The translations under genes were made by a program, and so were the position numbers. 64,000 bases of DNA from Myxococcota bacterium (GTDB lineage Bacteria; Myxococcota_A; UBA9160; SZUA-336): contig CBDFGR010000001.1 of NCBI GenBank assembly GCA_965247115.1, forward strand, positions 96,001 to 160,000, given 5' to 3'. Positions 53,093-63,337 of the stretch are shown here, one piece after another. Below the pieces are notes generated by a model. It saw nothing but the letters and a program-made list of their open reading frames with translations, had not been told where the DNA came from and ran no database searches. Every line of letters begins with the position of its first letter. Position 1 is the first letter of the stretch.

Positions 53093-55240
53093 ATGCAGGA
53101 TCCAAAAGGCAAGGCAGATCTCGGTGCCTGGCGTGAGGCCGCTGCCAGAGAGCTCGGCGGAGCAGACCCGGAGAGCCTCGAGTGGACGACGCCCGAGGGC
53201 ATCTCGATCAAGTCGCTCTACACGGCGGTGGACCTCGAGAACCTCGAGTACACCGACAGCGTCCCCGGCCTGGCACCGTTCCTGCGCGGCCCGCGCGCCA
53301 CGATGTACACGAACCGACCCTGGACGGTACGGCAGTACGCAGGCTTCTCGACGGCAGAGGAGTCCAATGAGTTCTACCGCGCGAACCTGAAGGCGGGCCA
53401 GCGCGGGCTCTCGGTCGCCTTCGATCTCGCGACCCACCGCGGCTACGACTCGGATCACCCGCGCGTGATCGGCGACGTGGGCAAAGCCGGCGTGGCGATT
53501 GACTCCATCGAGGACATGAAGATCCTGTTCGATCAGATCCCGCTGGACCAGATGTCCGTGTCCATGACGATGAACGGAGCGGTGATCCCGACCCTCGCCT
53601 GCTTCATCGCGGCCGGAGAGGAGCAAGGCGTCCAGCCGGCAAAGCTCACCGGGACCATCCAGAACGACATCCTGAAGGAGTTCATGGTCCGGAATACCTA
53701 CATCTACCCGCCCGAGCCGAGCATGCGCATTGTGGCGGACGTGATCGAGTTCACGTCGAGGAACATGCCGCGCTTCAACTCGATCTCGATCAGCGGCTAC
53801 CACATGCAGGAGGCTGGCGCGACGCAGGTCCAGGAGCTGGCCTTCACCTTGGCGGACGGTGTCGAGTACGTGCGCGCGGCCCTGAGTCAGGGGCTCGGCA
53901 TCGACGAGTTCGCTCCACGACTCTCGTTCTTCTGGGCGATCGGCATGAACTTTTTCATGGAGATCGCGAAGATGCGCGCCGCGCGCCTGCTTTGGGCACA
54001 GTTGATGAGTGGCTTCAACCCGAAGGACCCACGTTCCTCCATGCTGCGTGCGCACTCGCAGACCTCGGGGGCGAGCCTCACCGAGCAAGACCCCTACAAC
54101 AACGTGGTCCGCACCACGATCGAGGCCATGGCCGCGGTGCTCGGGGGCACCCAATCCCTCCATACAAACGGCTTCGACGAGGCGCTGACCCTGCCCACGC
54201 CTTTCTCGGCACGCATCGCGAGAAACACCCAGCTCATCCTGTCCGAGGAGACCGGGATCACTCGTGTGATCGATCCCCTGGCCGGCAGCTACTACCTGGA
54301 AAGTCTGACGCACAGCATCGCCCGCGAGGCCACGAAGCTGATCGAAGAGGTCGAGGAGCTCGGGGGCATGACGAAGGCCATCGAGGCTGGAATGCCGAAG
54401 CTGCGCATCGAGGAAGCCGCGACCCGGCGCCAGGCGCGCATCGACCGGGACGAGGAGGCCATCGTCGGCGTCAACCGCTATCGGGTCGAGGAGAAAACCG
54501 AGGTCGAGGTTCTCGACATCGACAACACTGAGGTGCGACGCCTTCAGATCGGGCGGCTCGAGCGCGTCCGGTCGGAGCGCGACGACACGCGCCTGCGCGG
54601 GGTGCTCGAGGCGTTGACGGCGGCTGCGGGCGACCGGAGCGAGAACCTGCTCGCGCACGCGGTCGAGGCTGCGAAGGCGCGGGCCACCGTGGGCGAGATC
54701 TCCGAAGCGCTGGAGAAAGTGTATGGCCGACACCGCGCCGAGATCCGCAGCGTGTCCGGCGTCTACGCCTCCGCCTACAGGGACGATGCGGAGTTCCTTG
54801 CGCTGCGCCGCGACATCGAGGATTTCCTGGAAGATGAGGGCCGACGTCCGCGCATCCTCGTGGCCAAGCTCGGGCAGGACGGCCACGACCGCGGCGCCAA
54901 GATCATCGCCACCGCGTTCGCCGACATGGGCTTCGACGTCGACATCGGAACCCTGTTCCAGACTCCGGAGGAGGTCGCCCGGCAGGCCGTGGAGAACGAC
55001 GTGCACGTGGTCGGCGTTTCGAGCCAGGCCGCGGGACACAAGACGCTGGTGCCCCAGCTAATCGAGGCGCTGGCGAACGAGCGCGCGGAAGACGTGACCG
55101 TCGTGTGTGGCGGCGTCATCCCGCCTCAGGACTACTCGTTCCTGCACGAGAGGGGCGTGGCAAAGATCTTCGGCCCGGGGACGGCCGTGCCGGCGGCGGC
55201 CCGCGAGGTGCTTCAGGCTGTTCGTGATCGCCGCGCATGA
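53093..55240 (+). CDS. scpA: Methylmalonyl-CoA mutase
   Basis: [37 protein letters not shown]. Confidence 0.97.
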   Translation: MQDPKGKADLGAWREAAARELGGADPESLEWTTPEGISIKSLYTAVDLENLEYTDSVPGLAPFLRGPRATMYTNRPWTVRQYAGFSTAEESNEFYRANLKAGQRGLSVAFDLATHRGYDSDHPRVIGDVGKAGVAIDSIEDMKILFDQIPLDQMSVSMTMNGAVIPTLACFIAAGEEQGVQPAKLTGTIQNDILKEFMVRNTYIYPPEPSMRIVADVIEFTSRNMPRFNSISISGYHMQEAGATQVQELAFTLADGVEYVRAALSQGLGIDEFAPRLSFFWAIGMNFFMEIAKMRAARLLWAQLMSGFNPKDPRSSMLRAHSQTSGASLTEQDPYNNVVRTTIEAMAAVLGGTQSLHTNGFDEALTLPTPFSARIARNTQLILSEETGITRVIDPLAGSYYLESLTHSIAREATKLIEEVEELGGMTKAIEAGMPKLRIEEAATRRQARIDRDEEAIVGVNRYRVEEKTEVEVLDIDNTEVRRLQIGRLERVRSERDDTRLRGVLEALTAAAGDRSENLLAHAVEAAKARATVGEISEALEKVYGRHRAEIRSVSGVYASAYRDDAEFLALRRDIEDFLEDEGRRPRILVAKLGQDGHDRGAKIIATAFADMGFDVDIGTLFQTPEEVARQAVENDVHVVGVSSQAAGHKTLVPQLIEALANERAEDVTVVCGGVIPPQDYSFLHERGVAKIFGPGTAVPAAAREVLQAVRDRRA

Positions 55241-56241
55241 GCCGCCGCGGCCTCACCGCCGCCGACTACTGTAAAGGGGTGCTGGCGGGCGAGCGGCGCC
55301 TGGTTGCAAAGACCATCACGCTGCTGGAGAGTCGCCGCGACGATGACCGAGCGCTCGGCCAGCAGGTCCTCGACAAGCTGGTGCCGCACACCGGAGCCGC
55401 CACGCGCGTCGGCGTCACGGGTCCCCCCGGCGTCGGCAAGAGCTCGTTCATCGAGGCGCTGGGCCTGGAGCTCGTCGGTGCCGCGCACCGCGTAGCCGTC
55501 CTCGCAGTGGATCCGTCGAGCCCCGTCAGCGGCGGGAGCATACTCGGCGACAAGACCCGGATGGAGCTGCTGACTCAGCAGGAGAGTGCGTTCATCCGAC
55601 CGTCGCCCTCGGGCGGTATCCTGGGGGGCGTCGCTCACCGCACCCGCGAGGCCATGCTCGTCTGCGAGGCCGCCGGCTTCGACGTCGTGCTGGTCGAGAC
55701 GGTCGGAGTTGGACAGTCGGAGGTCGAGGTCCGCTCCATGGTCGACTTCTTCGCGGTTTTGCTCCAGCCCGGCGCCGGAGACGATCTCCAGGGGATCAAG
55801 AGGGGGGTGCTCGAGCTCGCTGACGCCCTTGTCGTGAACAAGGCGGATGGCGAGAGCATGGCTCAGGCCGAGCGTACACGTGTCGACTACGAGCACGGCC
55901 TGGCGCTGCTGCACGCGGGCGGCCCATGGCGGGCTCCTGTGCTGACGGTGAGCGCCCGACTCGGGAACGGGATATCCGAGTTCTGGGGGACCGTCGTGGC
56001 CCACCGGGAGTGCCTGTTGAAGGGCGGCGAGTTGGAGAGTCGGCGCCGCGCTCAAGCGCGGGCCTGGCTTTGGCGCCTGGTCGAGGACGGGCTGGAGTCC
56101 GCGTTCCGCTCGGATGCCCGCACTGCCAAGCGCCTGCTCGAGCTCGAGCAGGAGGTCGAGGTGCGCAGCATGACCGCCCCGCGGGCGGCCAGCCTGCTGC
56201 TCGAGGCTTTTCTGGGCCGCTCGGTGCGAAAGCCGCAATAA
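55237..56241 (+). CDS. meaB: Mutase-associated GTPase MeaB
   Basis: [36 protein letters not shown]. Confidence 0.96.
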   Translation: MSRRGLTAADYCKGVLAGERRLVAKTITLLESRRDDDRALGQQVLDKLVPHTGAATRVGVTGPPGVGKSSFIEALGLELVGAAHRVAVLAVDPSSPVSGGSILGDKTRMELLTQQESAFIRPSPSGGILGGVAHRTREAMLVCEAAGFDVVLVETVGVGQSEVEVRSMVDFFAVLLQPGAGDDLQGIKRGVLELADALVVNKADGESMAQAERTRVDYEHGLALLHAGGPWRAPVLTVSARLGNGISEFWGTVVAHRECLLKGGELESRRRAQARAWLWRLVEDGLESAFRSDARTAKRLLELEQEVEVRSMTAPRAASLLLEAFLGRSVRKPQ

Positions 56242-56298
56242 GCGCCTCAATCAGGGCAGGTATCCCGCCGATATGCAGGGCGTAGGTATAGGCCCGAC

Positions 56299-56970
56299 AT
56301 GCCGCAGCTGAATCTAGAAACGCGCGAGATCGCGCTCAAGATCGTCTACTACGGACCGGCACGCTCCGGGAAGACGACCAACCTGCAGCAGATCCATCAT
56401 CTGCTGTCGCCCGAGTCGCGCGGCGAGATGGTCACGCTGGATACCCAGGATGACCGCACGCTCTACTTCGACTTCCTCCCCGTCGAGTTCGGTGTCGAAG
56501 GTGGCTATAAGGTGCGGCTCAAGCTCTTCACTGTCCCCGGTCAGGTGCTCCACCGTTCGACGCGACGCGTCGTCCTCGCGGGTGCCGACGCCGTCGCCTT
56601 CATCGCGGACTCCCAGCGCTCGACGGCCTCCGCCAACGCCTACTCCTACCGCGACCTCGAGACGAACCTCCGGCTGAACGGGCTGGCCATCGACGAGATT
56701 CCGCAGGTCGTGCAATTCAACAAGCGCGACCTGCAGGACATCAAGTCGCTGGAAGAAATCCGGGAGGCCTGGAAGGGCACGGGCATCCCCACCGTGCCTG
56801 CCTCGGCGACGCAGGGCGTCGGCGTGCTCGAGACGCTCGAGGCGCTGCTGGTTCGCCTGTATCGCCACCTGGACCACGGCCACTCCTTCTCCTCGAAGTT
56901 CGGTCTCGATGAGGAGCGCTTCCTCGCTGGCGTGATGCGCAACCACGTCGCGGAGGAGAAGCCAGAGTAG
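56299..56970 (+). CDS. MglA/SofG-like small GTPase
   Basis: KIVYYGPARSGKTTNL, DRTLYFDF, TVPGQV, NKRD. Confidence 0.92.
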   Translation: MPQLNLETREIALKIVYYGPARSGKTTNLQQIHHLLSPESRGEMVTLDTQDDRTLYFDFLPVEFGVEGGYKVRLKLFTVPGQVLHRSTRRVVLAGADAVAFIADSQRSTASANAYSYRDLETNLRLNGLAIDEIPQVVQFNKRDLQDIKSLEEIREAWKGTGIPTVPASATQGVGVLETLEALLVRLYRHLDHGHSFSSKFGLDEERFLAGVMRNHVAEEKPE

Positions 56971-57096
56971 GTCTGTGGGACCCGGCGCGCGGGCGGCCCT
57001 CCCGCGGGTCAGCGACCCGCGGGCCGCTGACGGCCACCCACCTTCGCTCGCCTCCGGCTCGCTGCGCGCGCCGCTATCGCGCCGCTTGCAGGGTGC
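56971..57096 (+). repeat. REP-like element, copy 5 (variant with enlarged hairpin 1)
   Basis: GTCTGTGGGACCCGG...GGCCACCCACCTTCGCTC...CTCGCTGCGCGCGCC...GCTTGCAGGGTGC. Confidence 0.85.
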
Positions 57097-57120
57097 TCGA
57101 GAGTGACCGCCGACCCACAT

Positions 57121-57222
57121 GCACCCTGCAAGCGCCGCGATAGCGGCGCGCGCAGCGAAGGGCAAAGCCCTGAGCGGAGGTGGGTGGGCCGCGGCTGCCC
57201 GCGGCCCGGGTCCCGCAAGTAC
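57121..57222 (-). repeat. REP-like element, copy 6 (inverted partner of copy 5)
   Basis: Reverse complement matches the consensus; 24-nt spacer from copy 5. Confidence 0.85.
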
Positions 57223-57226
57223 AGAA

Positions 57227-57255
57227 TTGACGCGAGAATCAGCCCCTGATACGTT
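57227..57255 (+). promoter_or_regulatory. Putative sigma70 promoter of ribBA
   Basis: TTGACG, 17-nt spacer, TACGTT with extended TGn. Confidence 0.5.
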
Positions 57256-57334
57256 GCGGACGTGTATCTACTCGGCCCTCGGGTAGTGTGCGTGCCCCGG
57301 AGGTCCCCCCCTGGGCACCCCGTGGAGGACCTCT

Positions 57335-58603
57335 TTGGGCAACCCAAGCAGCGGGGAGGGGACCGTCCCCCCGACTGAGAGCCGAAGCGAAATCTTCACG
57401 CAGGTCGAGCGGGCTCTGGAAGATATCGTCGCCGGGAAGATGATCATCCTCGTCGACGACGAGGACCGGGAGAACGAAGGCGACCTGTGCATGGCCGCCG
57501 ACCTCTGCTCGGCGGAAGCCGTCAACTTCATGGCGCTACACGGCCGCGGCCTGATCTGCCTGGCACTCACCCCGGAGCGCGCGCAGGAGCTCGAGCTGTC
57601 GATGATGGTGCCAGACGCCGCAAACACCACGCCCTACGGCACGGCCTTCACGGTCTCGATCGAAGCTCGCGACGGGGTGACGACTGGTATCTCCGCCGCA
57701 GATCGGGCGCGCACCATCCAGGTTGCGATGGACCCGGCCAGCACGCCCTCCGACCTGAGCCGGCCGGGCCACGTGTTCCCGCTGATCGCGAAGCCGGGCG
57801 GCGTGCTGCGTCGCACCGGTCAGACTGAGGGTGCCGTTGACCTGGCCCGGCTGGCCGGTCTGCAGCCGGCCGGCGTGATCTGCGAGATCATGAACCAGGA
57901 CGGAACGATGGCGCGCCGGCCGGACCTCGAGATCTTCGCCCGCGAGCGCGGTCTGCGCATCCTCTCGATCGCGGAGCTGATCAAGTACCGGACGCGAACC
58001 GAGCAACTCGTTCGGCGCTCGGCGGAGGCCACGCTGCCGTCGCAGTTCGGCGATTTCCGCGCAGTCGTGTTCAAAAACGAGATCGACTTCGTCGACCACA
58101 TTGCGCTGGTGCGCGGCGAGATCAAGCGCGACGTGCCCACGCTGGTGCGCGTGCACAGCGAGTGCCTGACGGGCGATGCGTTCGGCTCCCTTCGCTGCGA
58201 CTGCGGCGAGCAGCTCCAGACCGCGCTCAAGCTGATCCAGGAAGAGGGCACCGGAGTGCTGCTCTACATGCGCCAGGAGGGGCGCGGGATCGGACTCGTG
58301 AACAAGATCAAGGCCTACGGACTGCAGGAGAACGAAGGGCTCGACACCGTTGAGGCGAACGAGCGCCTGGGCTTCCCACCGGACATGCGGGACTTCGGGG
58401 TCGGGGCGCAGATTCTCGCCAACCTCGGGGTATCTCGGATGAGGTTGCTCACGAACAACCCGTCGAAGCGAGCTGGTCTCGAGGGCTACGACCTGGAGAT
58501 CGTCGACCAGATCCCGCTCGAAGCTCGGCCCAACGAGGAGAACTTCGAGTATCTGAGGACCAAGCGGGAGAAGCTTGGGCATCTGCTGAATCTGATGAAC
58601 TGA
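57335..58603 (+). CDS. ribBA: Bifunctional DHBP synthase/GTP cyclohydrolase II
   Basis: [46 protein letters not shown]. Confidence 0.97.
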   Translation: MGNPSSGEGTVPPTESRSEIFTQVERALEDIVAGKMIILVDDEDRENEGDLCMAADLCSAEAVNFMALHGRGLICLALTPERAQELELSMMVPDAANTTPYGTAFTVSIEARDGVTTGISAADRARTIQVAMDPASTPSDLSRPGHVFPLIAKPGGVLRRTGQTEGAVDLARLAGLQPAGVICEIMNQDGTMARRPDLEIFARERGLRILSIAELIKYRTRTEQLVRRSAEATLPSQFGDFRAVVFKNEIDFVDHIALVRGEIKRDVPTLVRVHSECLTGDAFGSLRCDCGEQLQTALKLIQEEGTGVLLYMRQEGRGIGLVNKIKAYGLQENEGLDTVEANERLGFPPDMRDFGVGAQILANLGVSRMRLLTNNPSKRAGLEGYDLEIVDQIPLEARPNEENFEYLRTKREKLGHLLNLMN

Positions 58604-58685
58604 GCGATCGAAGCCCGCAGGTTTCTCGAGGTCTCGTACTCGCGTATGCTCGGCCAGTAGGAGAATCCACGGGCTGGAGGAAGAC

Positions 58686-59672
58686 ATGTTCGACACGGTA
58701 GAGGACGTCCAGAAACGGCTTCTGGAGCAGAAGTACATCGCCGGCAAGAACATCGGCACCGTGGTGTTCCTGGCTCTGAAGCTCAACAAGCCGGTCCTCG
58801 TCGAGGGTCCAGCAGGTGTCGGCAAAACCGATCTCGCGAAAGTCGTGGCGGGGGCCCTTGGACTCCCGATGACGCGTCTCCAGTGCTACGAGGGCCTGGA
58901 CGAGTCCAAGGCGCTCTACGAGTGGGAGTACTCCAAGCAGCTGCTCTACACGCAGATGCTGCGTGACAAGATCGGCGAGGTGATCGCCGGTACCAAAAGT
59001 CTGCGCGAGGCCTCCGAGCGGATCGGCGAGCAGGACGACGTATTCTTCAGCGAGCGCTTCATCGTCGCCCGTCCGCTGCTCGATGCGATCACGTCCAAGG
59101 AGCGCCGGCTGCTGCTGATCGACGAGGTCGACAAATCCGACCCCGAGTTCGAGGCCTTCTTGCTCGAGGTGCTCTCGGACTACACGGTGAGCATCCCCGA
59201 GATCGGTACGATCCAGGCGAACAACATCCCGGTCGTGTTCCTGACCTCGAACGACGCGCGGGAGATGACTGACGCGCTCAAGCGCCGCTGCCTGCACCTC
59301 CACATCGATTTTCCCAGCGAGGAGGAGGAGGTGCGCATCCTGGAGCTCAAGGTCCCGGGGATCGGTCAGCGCCTGGCGGAGGACATCGTCGAGCTGATCC
59401 AGCGCATCCGCGCGCTCGACCTGAAGAAGACCCCCTCCATCGCGGAGACGCTGGACTGGGCGCGGGCCCTGCTCGTGCTGAACGCGGACACCCTGGATTC
59501 CAACCTCGTGAGCGACACGCTGAACATCATCCTCAAGCACCAGGGCGACATCCATAAAGCGCAGTCCGAGCTCGATGCCCTCTTGAAGAAGAAGGCGAGC
59601 GAGGTCCAGGCGGGGCAGCCGCAGGCGGCAGCAGAGCCTGCCGCGGCAGCCAAGAAGAGCGTCCTCCACTAG
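58686..59672 (+). CDS. MoxR-family AAA+ ATPase (CoxD-like)
   Basis: EGPAGVGKT, RLQCYEGLD, LIDEVDK, DALKRRC. Confidence 0.93.
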   Translation: MFDTVEDVQKRLLEQKYIAGKNIGTVVFLALKLNKPVLVEGPAGVGKTDLAKVVAGALGLPMTRLQCYEGLDESKALYEWEYSKQLLYTQMLRDKIGEVIAGTKSLREASERIGEQDDVFFSERFIVARPLLDAITSKERRLLLIDEVDKSDPEFEAFLLEVLSDYTVSIPEIGTIQANNIPVVFLTSNDAREMTDALKRRCLHLHIDFPSEEEEVRILELKVPGIGQRLAEDIVELIQRIRALDLKKTPSIAETLDWARALLVLNADTLDSNLVSDTLNIILKHQGDIHKAQSELDALLKKKASEVQAGQPQAAAEPAAAAKKSVLH

Positions 59673-59682
59673 GCGAGCGTCA

Positions 59683-61092
59683 ATGGAAAAGAAGATCGTC
59701 GAGTTCACGAACATCCTGCGGAAGGCCGGCGTGCGCGTCTCGGTGGCCGAGACCCTCGACTCGTTCATGGCCATCGAGGAGATGAGCCTCAGCGACCGCG
59801 AGCTGTTCAAGGACGCCCTGCGTACCACGATGGTCAAGCGCGGTGACGATATCGACACCTACGATCGTCTCTTCGATCTGTTCTGGTCGGGCTTCCACGA
59901 CCAGCTGAAGGAGCAGCTGGCTCAAGCACTCGGCGGCATGTCGGGGGACTTTGATCTCGAGCAGATGCTCGAGCGCCTGCGTGACGTGCTCCAGAACATG
60001 GACATCGACCTTTCGGAGCTGGCGCAGGCCCTGCTCAGCATGGACGAGAACTCGCTCGAGCAGCTGGTGAACCAGGCGGGCGACGACGCGGACATCGCCA
60101 ACATCCGCAACATGCTTCAGATCGGCTTCTTCAGCCGGCGCATGCTCGAGCAAATGGGGCTCGACTCGGCCGGAGGCGAGCTCCAGAACCTGATGGAGCA
60201 GATGCGCGAAGCTGGCATGTCGGAGGAGGAGCTCGCCCAGCTCGGCGAGCTGCTGAGCGCCCTTCAAGATGCGCTCCGCCGTGCGGTGCGGCAGTACGTC
60301 GAGCGCGAGCTCGACAAGCAGAACCACGACTACATGGAGCGCTTCCACCGCGAGAGCCTGCAGGAGAAGAGCTTCTACAATCTGACGGAAGAGGATTTGC
60401 GCAACATGCGCGACGTCGTGAACCGACTCGCGCAGAAGCTCAAGAACATCGTGTCGATGCGGCGCAAGCGCCAGCGCAAGGGCAAGTTCGACCTCAAGTC
60501 GACCATGCGCAAGAACATGGGCCACGGCGGGTTGCCGTTCGAGCTGATCTTCAAGCATCGCAAGAAGGAGCGACCGAAACTAGTTATCCTGTGTGACATC
60601 TCGAGCTCCGTCGCGAACGTCTCGCGCTTCTTCCTGCAGTTCGCCTACAGCCTACAAGAGGTCTTCACGAAGATTCGCAGCTACGTCTTCGTTGCAGAGC
60701 TCGGCGAGGTCACCCAGCTGTTCCGGGACAACGACATCTTCGATGCGATCGACAAGTCGGTCGACGGGGGCGACGTCATCAACCCGTACACTCGCTCCAA
60801 CTTCGGCATGGCTTTTCACGTCTTCTGGCGAGACTTCCTGTCCTCGCTGGACCTGCGTACCACGGTGGTCGTGATCGGGGACGCCCGAAACAACTACAAC
60901 GACCCCCAGGCCTGGTGCCTGCGAGAGGTGCACAACAAGGCCAAGAACGTGGTCTGGATCAACCCGGAGGCCCCCGGAGCCTGGGGCTTCGGCGATAGCG
61001 TGATGGACAAGTATTTGCCCTACACAGACGTCGCCGAAGAGTGCCGGAACCTGAAGCAGCTGAACCGGCTCGTCGACAAGCTGGTCTTGTAG
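59683..61092 (+). CDS. VWA-domain protein (CoxE-like)
   Basis: LCDISSSV MIDAS-like motif, GDARNN, WINPE. Confidence 0.9.
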   Translation: MEKKIVEFTNILRKAGVRVSVAETLDSFMAIEEMSLSDRELFKDALRTTMVKRGDDIDTYDRLFDLFWSGFHDQLKEQLAQALGGMSGDFDLEQMLERLRDVLQNMDIDLSELAQALLSMDENSLEQLVNQAGDDADIANIRNMLQIGFFSRRMLEQMGLDSAGGELQNLMEQMREAGMSEEELAQLGELLSALQDALRRAVRQYVERELDKQNHDYMERFHRESLQEKSFYNLTEEDLRNMRDVVNRLAQKLKNIVSMRRKRQRKGKFDLKSTMRKNMGHGGLPFELIFKHRKKERPKLVILCDISSSVANVSRFFLQFAYSLQEVFTKIRSYVFVAELGEVTQLFRDNDIFDAIDKSVDGGDVINPYTRSNFGMAFHVFWRDFLSSLDLRTTVVVIGDARNNYNDPQAWCLREVHNKAKNVVWINPEAPGAWGFGDSVMDKYLPYTDVAEECRNLKQLNRLVDKLVL

Positions 61093-61106
61093 AGGCTTCG
61101 AGCGCC

Positions 61107-61220
61107 GTCGGAGGGCGGGGAACGTCCCCCGGCGGACTCCGCTCCTTGCGTGCACAGGGGCATCGCTCGCCTCGAGCACCGCTACCACAGTCCTCCGGGG
61201 GACGTTCCCCGCCCTCCGAC
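61107..61220. repeat. 32-bp inverted repeat pair with 50-bp spacer
   Basis: GTCGGAGGGCGGGGAACGTCCCCCGGCGGACT at 61107-61138 and its complement at 61189-61220, one mismatch. Confidence 0.9.
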
Positions 61221-61251
61221 GTCTTGCCGGACCCCAGTGTGCTAAGGGCCC

Positions 61252-61289
61252 AACAGAAAACCCCCCGGCACCGTAGTGCCGGGGGGTTT
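61252..61289 (-). terminator. Intrinsic terminator, possibly bidirectional
   Basis: CCCCCCGGCAC-loop-GTGCCGGGGGG followed by TTTTCTGTT on the minus strand and TTT on the plus strand. Confidence 0.85.
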
Positions 61290-61423
61290 GAAGGGTCGGA
61301 GAGGGCGGCGGATCACTTGTGGGGGGTGAGAGGTTGGACATTTCAAGACCGAAATGCCGACTCCGCCGCCTTCTCCGTAAGAACTCTCTGAGTGACTCCT
61401 GTGTGGGTCAGCTGCGACCCGAC
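61255..61423 (-). ncRNA. Candidate structured small RNA (~170 nt)
   Basis: Lies between a sigma70-like promoter and a terminator; 14/15-bp stem enclosing two hairpins; no convincing ORF. Confidence 0.55.
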
Positions 61424-61429
61424 GGACAC

Positions 61430-61457
61430 ATTATGCATCGGTGGCCAGAGATGTCAA
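61430..61457 (-). promoter_or_regulatory. Putative sigma70 promoter of the candidate sRNA
   Basis: TTGACA (61457-61452), 16-nt spacer, CATAAT (61435-61430), AT-rich upstream region. Confidence 0.6.
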
Positions 61458-61661
61458 TTCCTTTTCTATAGCGTCCGATGCCGTACCGAGTGTCGTCGAA
61501 TAGGCTCGAAAGTACATGAATAATTCATCTCTATCTCACTGGAAAATAAGGACAATCCGTTCCCCTTGAGCGCTCCCGGTCTTCCGCCTGGGTGCGAACT
61601 CTCGACCCCGGTACTGGCGCGGATGGCCGGTTCGAACCGCTCCGCTACCCTCGCACACGCC

Positions 61662-63050
61662 ATGTCCGGTCGTTTTCAGATCCGCACCTTCGGCTGTCAG
61701 ATGAACCAGCACGACGCCGAGAAGATGTCGAATCTCCTCCACCACGAGGGCATGCGCCCGACCAGCGACGCCGGTGAGGCGAACCTGATCCTGGTGCACA
61801 CCTGCTCGATCCGCGAGAAGGCCGAGCAGAAGCTCTACTCGGAGCTCGGAGCGTTGCTTCGCCGGAAGCGCCGGGATCCCGAGCTCATCATCGGCGTCGG
61901 GGGCTGCGTCGCCCAGCAGGAAGGTGGCACGCTGCTCCGGCGCTTCCCGGAGCTCGATTTTGTCTTCGGGCCGCAGAACCTGGTGCACCTACCGGTGCTG
62001 GTCTCGAACGCGAGGGCTCGGATTCGCGACCTGCGAGTGGACTACGACGATGAGCCCACGGCGCGCTTCGAGCTGCCCGAGCGGCACCCCGAGTACACCT
62101 CGCCCACTCTCGGGCGTGCCTTCGTCACTGTGATGGAAGGCTGCGACCTGTTCTGCACCTACTGCGTCGTGCCCAGGACCCGCGGCCGCGAGGTGAGCCG
62201 TCCGAGTCCGGCGATCCTCGGTGAGGTGGCCGGACTCGCCGAGCGGGGTGTCGTGGAGGTCACGCTGCTCGGCCAAACGGTCAACGCCTACGGTCGGCGT
62301 CGACCGGGGCGCGTCGAGGGCGAGCTCCCCTTCGGCGAGCTCATCCGGCGCGTCGGGTCGACGCGGGGCATCGAGCGCGTTCGTTTCACCAGTCCCCACC
62401 CGAGCTTCGTCACCCAGGATCTGCTCCGGGCCTATGCGGACGTTCCTGAGCTCTGTCCGCATATTCACCTGCCGGTCCAGAGTGGCTCGACGCAAGTGCT
62501 GAAGCAGATGAACCGGCGCTACGACAGGGACGGGTACCTGCGCGTCGTGTCCGAGCTGCGCAGGGCGCGTCCGGAGCTGGCGATTACGACCGATTTGATC
62601 GTCGGCTTTCCTGGCGAGACACGGGCCGACTTCGCCGAGACCATGAGCCTGATGCGAGAGGTCGGCTTCGTCGACAGCTTCTCTTTCAAGTACTCGGCTC
62701 GCCCGGGAACGCCGGCCGCGCGCCGCGGCCTCGTCGGTGTGGACCCCGCCGAGTCGCAGGCGCGCCTGGAGGAGCTCCACGCGCTCCAGCGGGAACTCAC
62801 GCTCCACGCGCATCAGAAGCGGGTCGGCGAGGTCATCCCCGTCCTCGTCGAAGGAGCAAGCCGCCGGGGCGGCCCCCAGCTTCGCGGCCGCGGCCCCTAC
62901 AACCGCGTTGTGAACTTCACGGGCCCCCCACACATCCGCCCGGGCACCATCCAAGACGTCCACATCACCGCCGCCTCCCCCCACTCCCTCCTGGGCCACC
63001 ACGCCGACCCGACCACCCCCCAAGAACTCCCCCTCCTCGCCCCCCACTAG
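61662..63050 (+). CDS. miaB: tRNA-2-methylthio-i6A37 synthase
   Basis: TFGCQMN, TCSIREKAE, GCDLFCTYC, HLPVQSGS, DLIVGFPGET. Confidence 0.97.
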   Translation: MSGRFQIRTFGCQMNQHDAEKMSNLLHHEGMRPTSDAGEANLILVHTCSIREKAEQKLYSELGALLRRKRRDPELIIGVGGCVAQQEGGTLLRRFPELDFVFGPQNLVHLPVLVSNARARIRDLRVDYDDEPTARFELPERHPEYTSPTLGRAFVTVMEGCDLFCTYCVVPRTRGREVSRPSPAILGEVAGLAERGVVEVTLLGQTVNAYGRRRPGRVEGELPFGELIRRVGSTRGIERVRFTSPHPSFVTQDLLRAYADVPELCPHIHLPVQSGSTQVLKQMNRRYDRDGYLRVVSELRRARPELAITTDLIVGFPGETRADFAETMSLMREVGFVDSFSFKYSARPGTPAARRGLVGVDPAESQARLEELHALQRELTLHAHQKRVGEVIPVLVEGASRRGGPQLRGRGPYNRVVNFTGPPHIRPGTIQDVHITAASPHSLLGHHADPTTPQELPLLAPH

Positions 63051-63104
63051 CCCCCCACACCCCCCGCCCGAGCAGATACCCCGCCTCCCTCCCCCCCGGG
63101 TGCA

Positions 63105-63207
63105 GGCACCCTGCAAGCGTCGCGGAACGCGGCGCGCGCAGCGAAGGGCCTGGCCCTGAGCGAAGGTGGGTGGCGCGCGACCGCTCGCGCGCCGGGTCCC
63201 ACAAGAC
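63105..63207 (-). repeat. REP-like three-hairpin element, copy 7
   Basis: Reverse complement matches the consensus. Confidence 0.9.
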
Positions 63208-63337
63208 CCGCAGCAGGAATTCCCCTCAGCGACCGAAGAGTAGGGGGAACCCGTTGCGGCCCAGAGAGAGGTTGCACTCGGCGGGTTGCCGGGAGGCGGA
63301 TGGTTGGGGCGGCACCCCACTGTCCCGAGGAGGGTAC

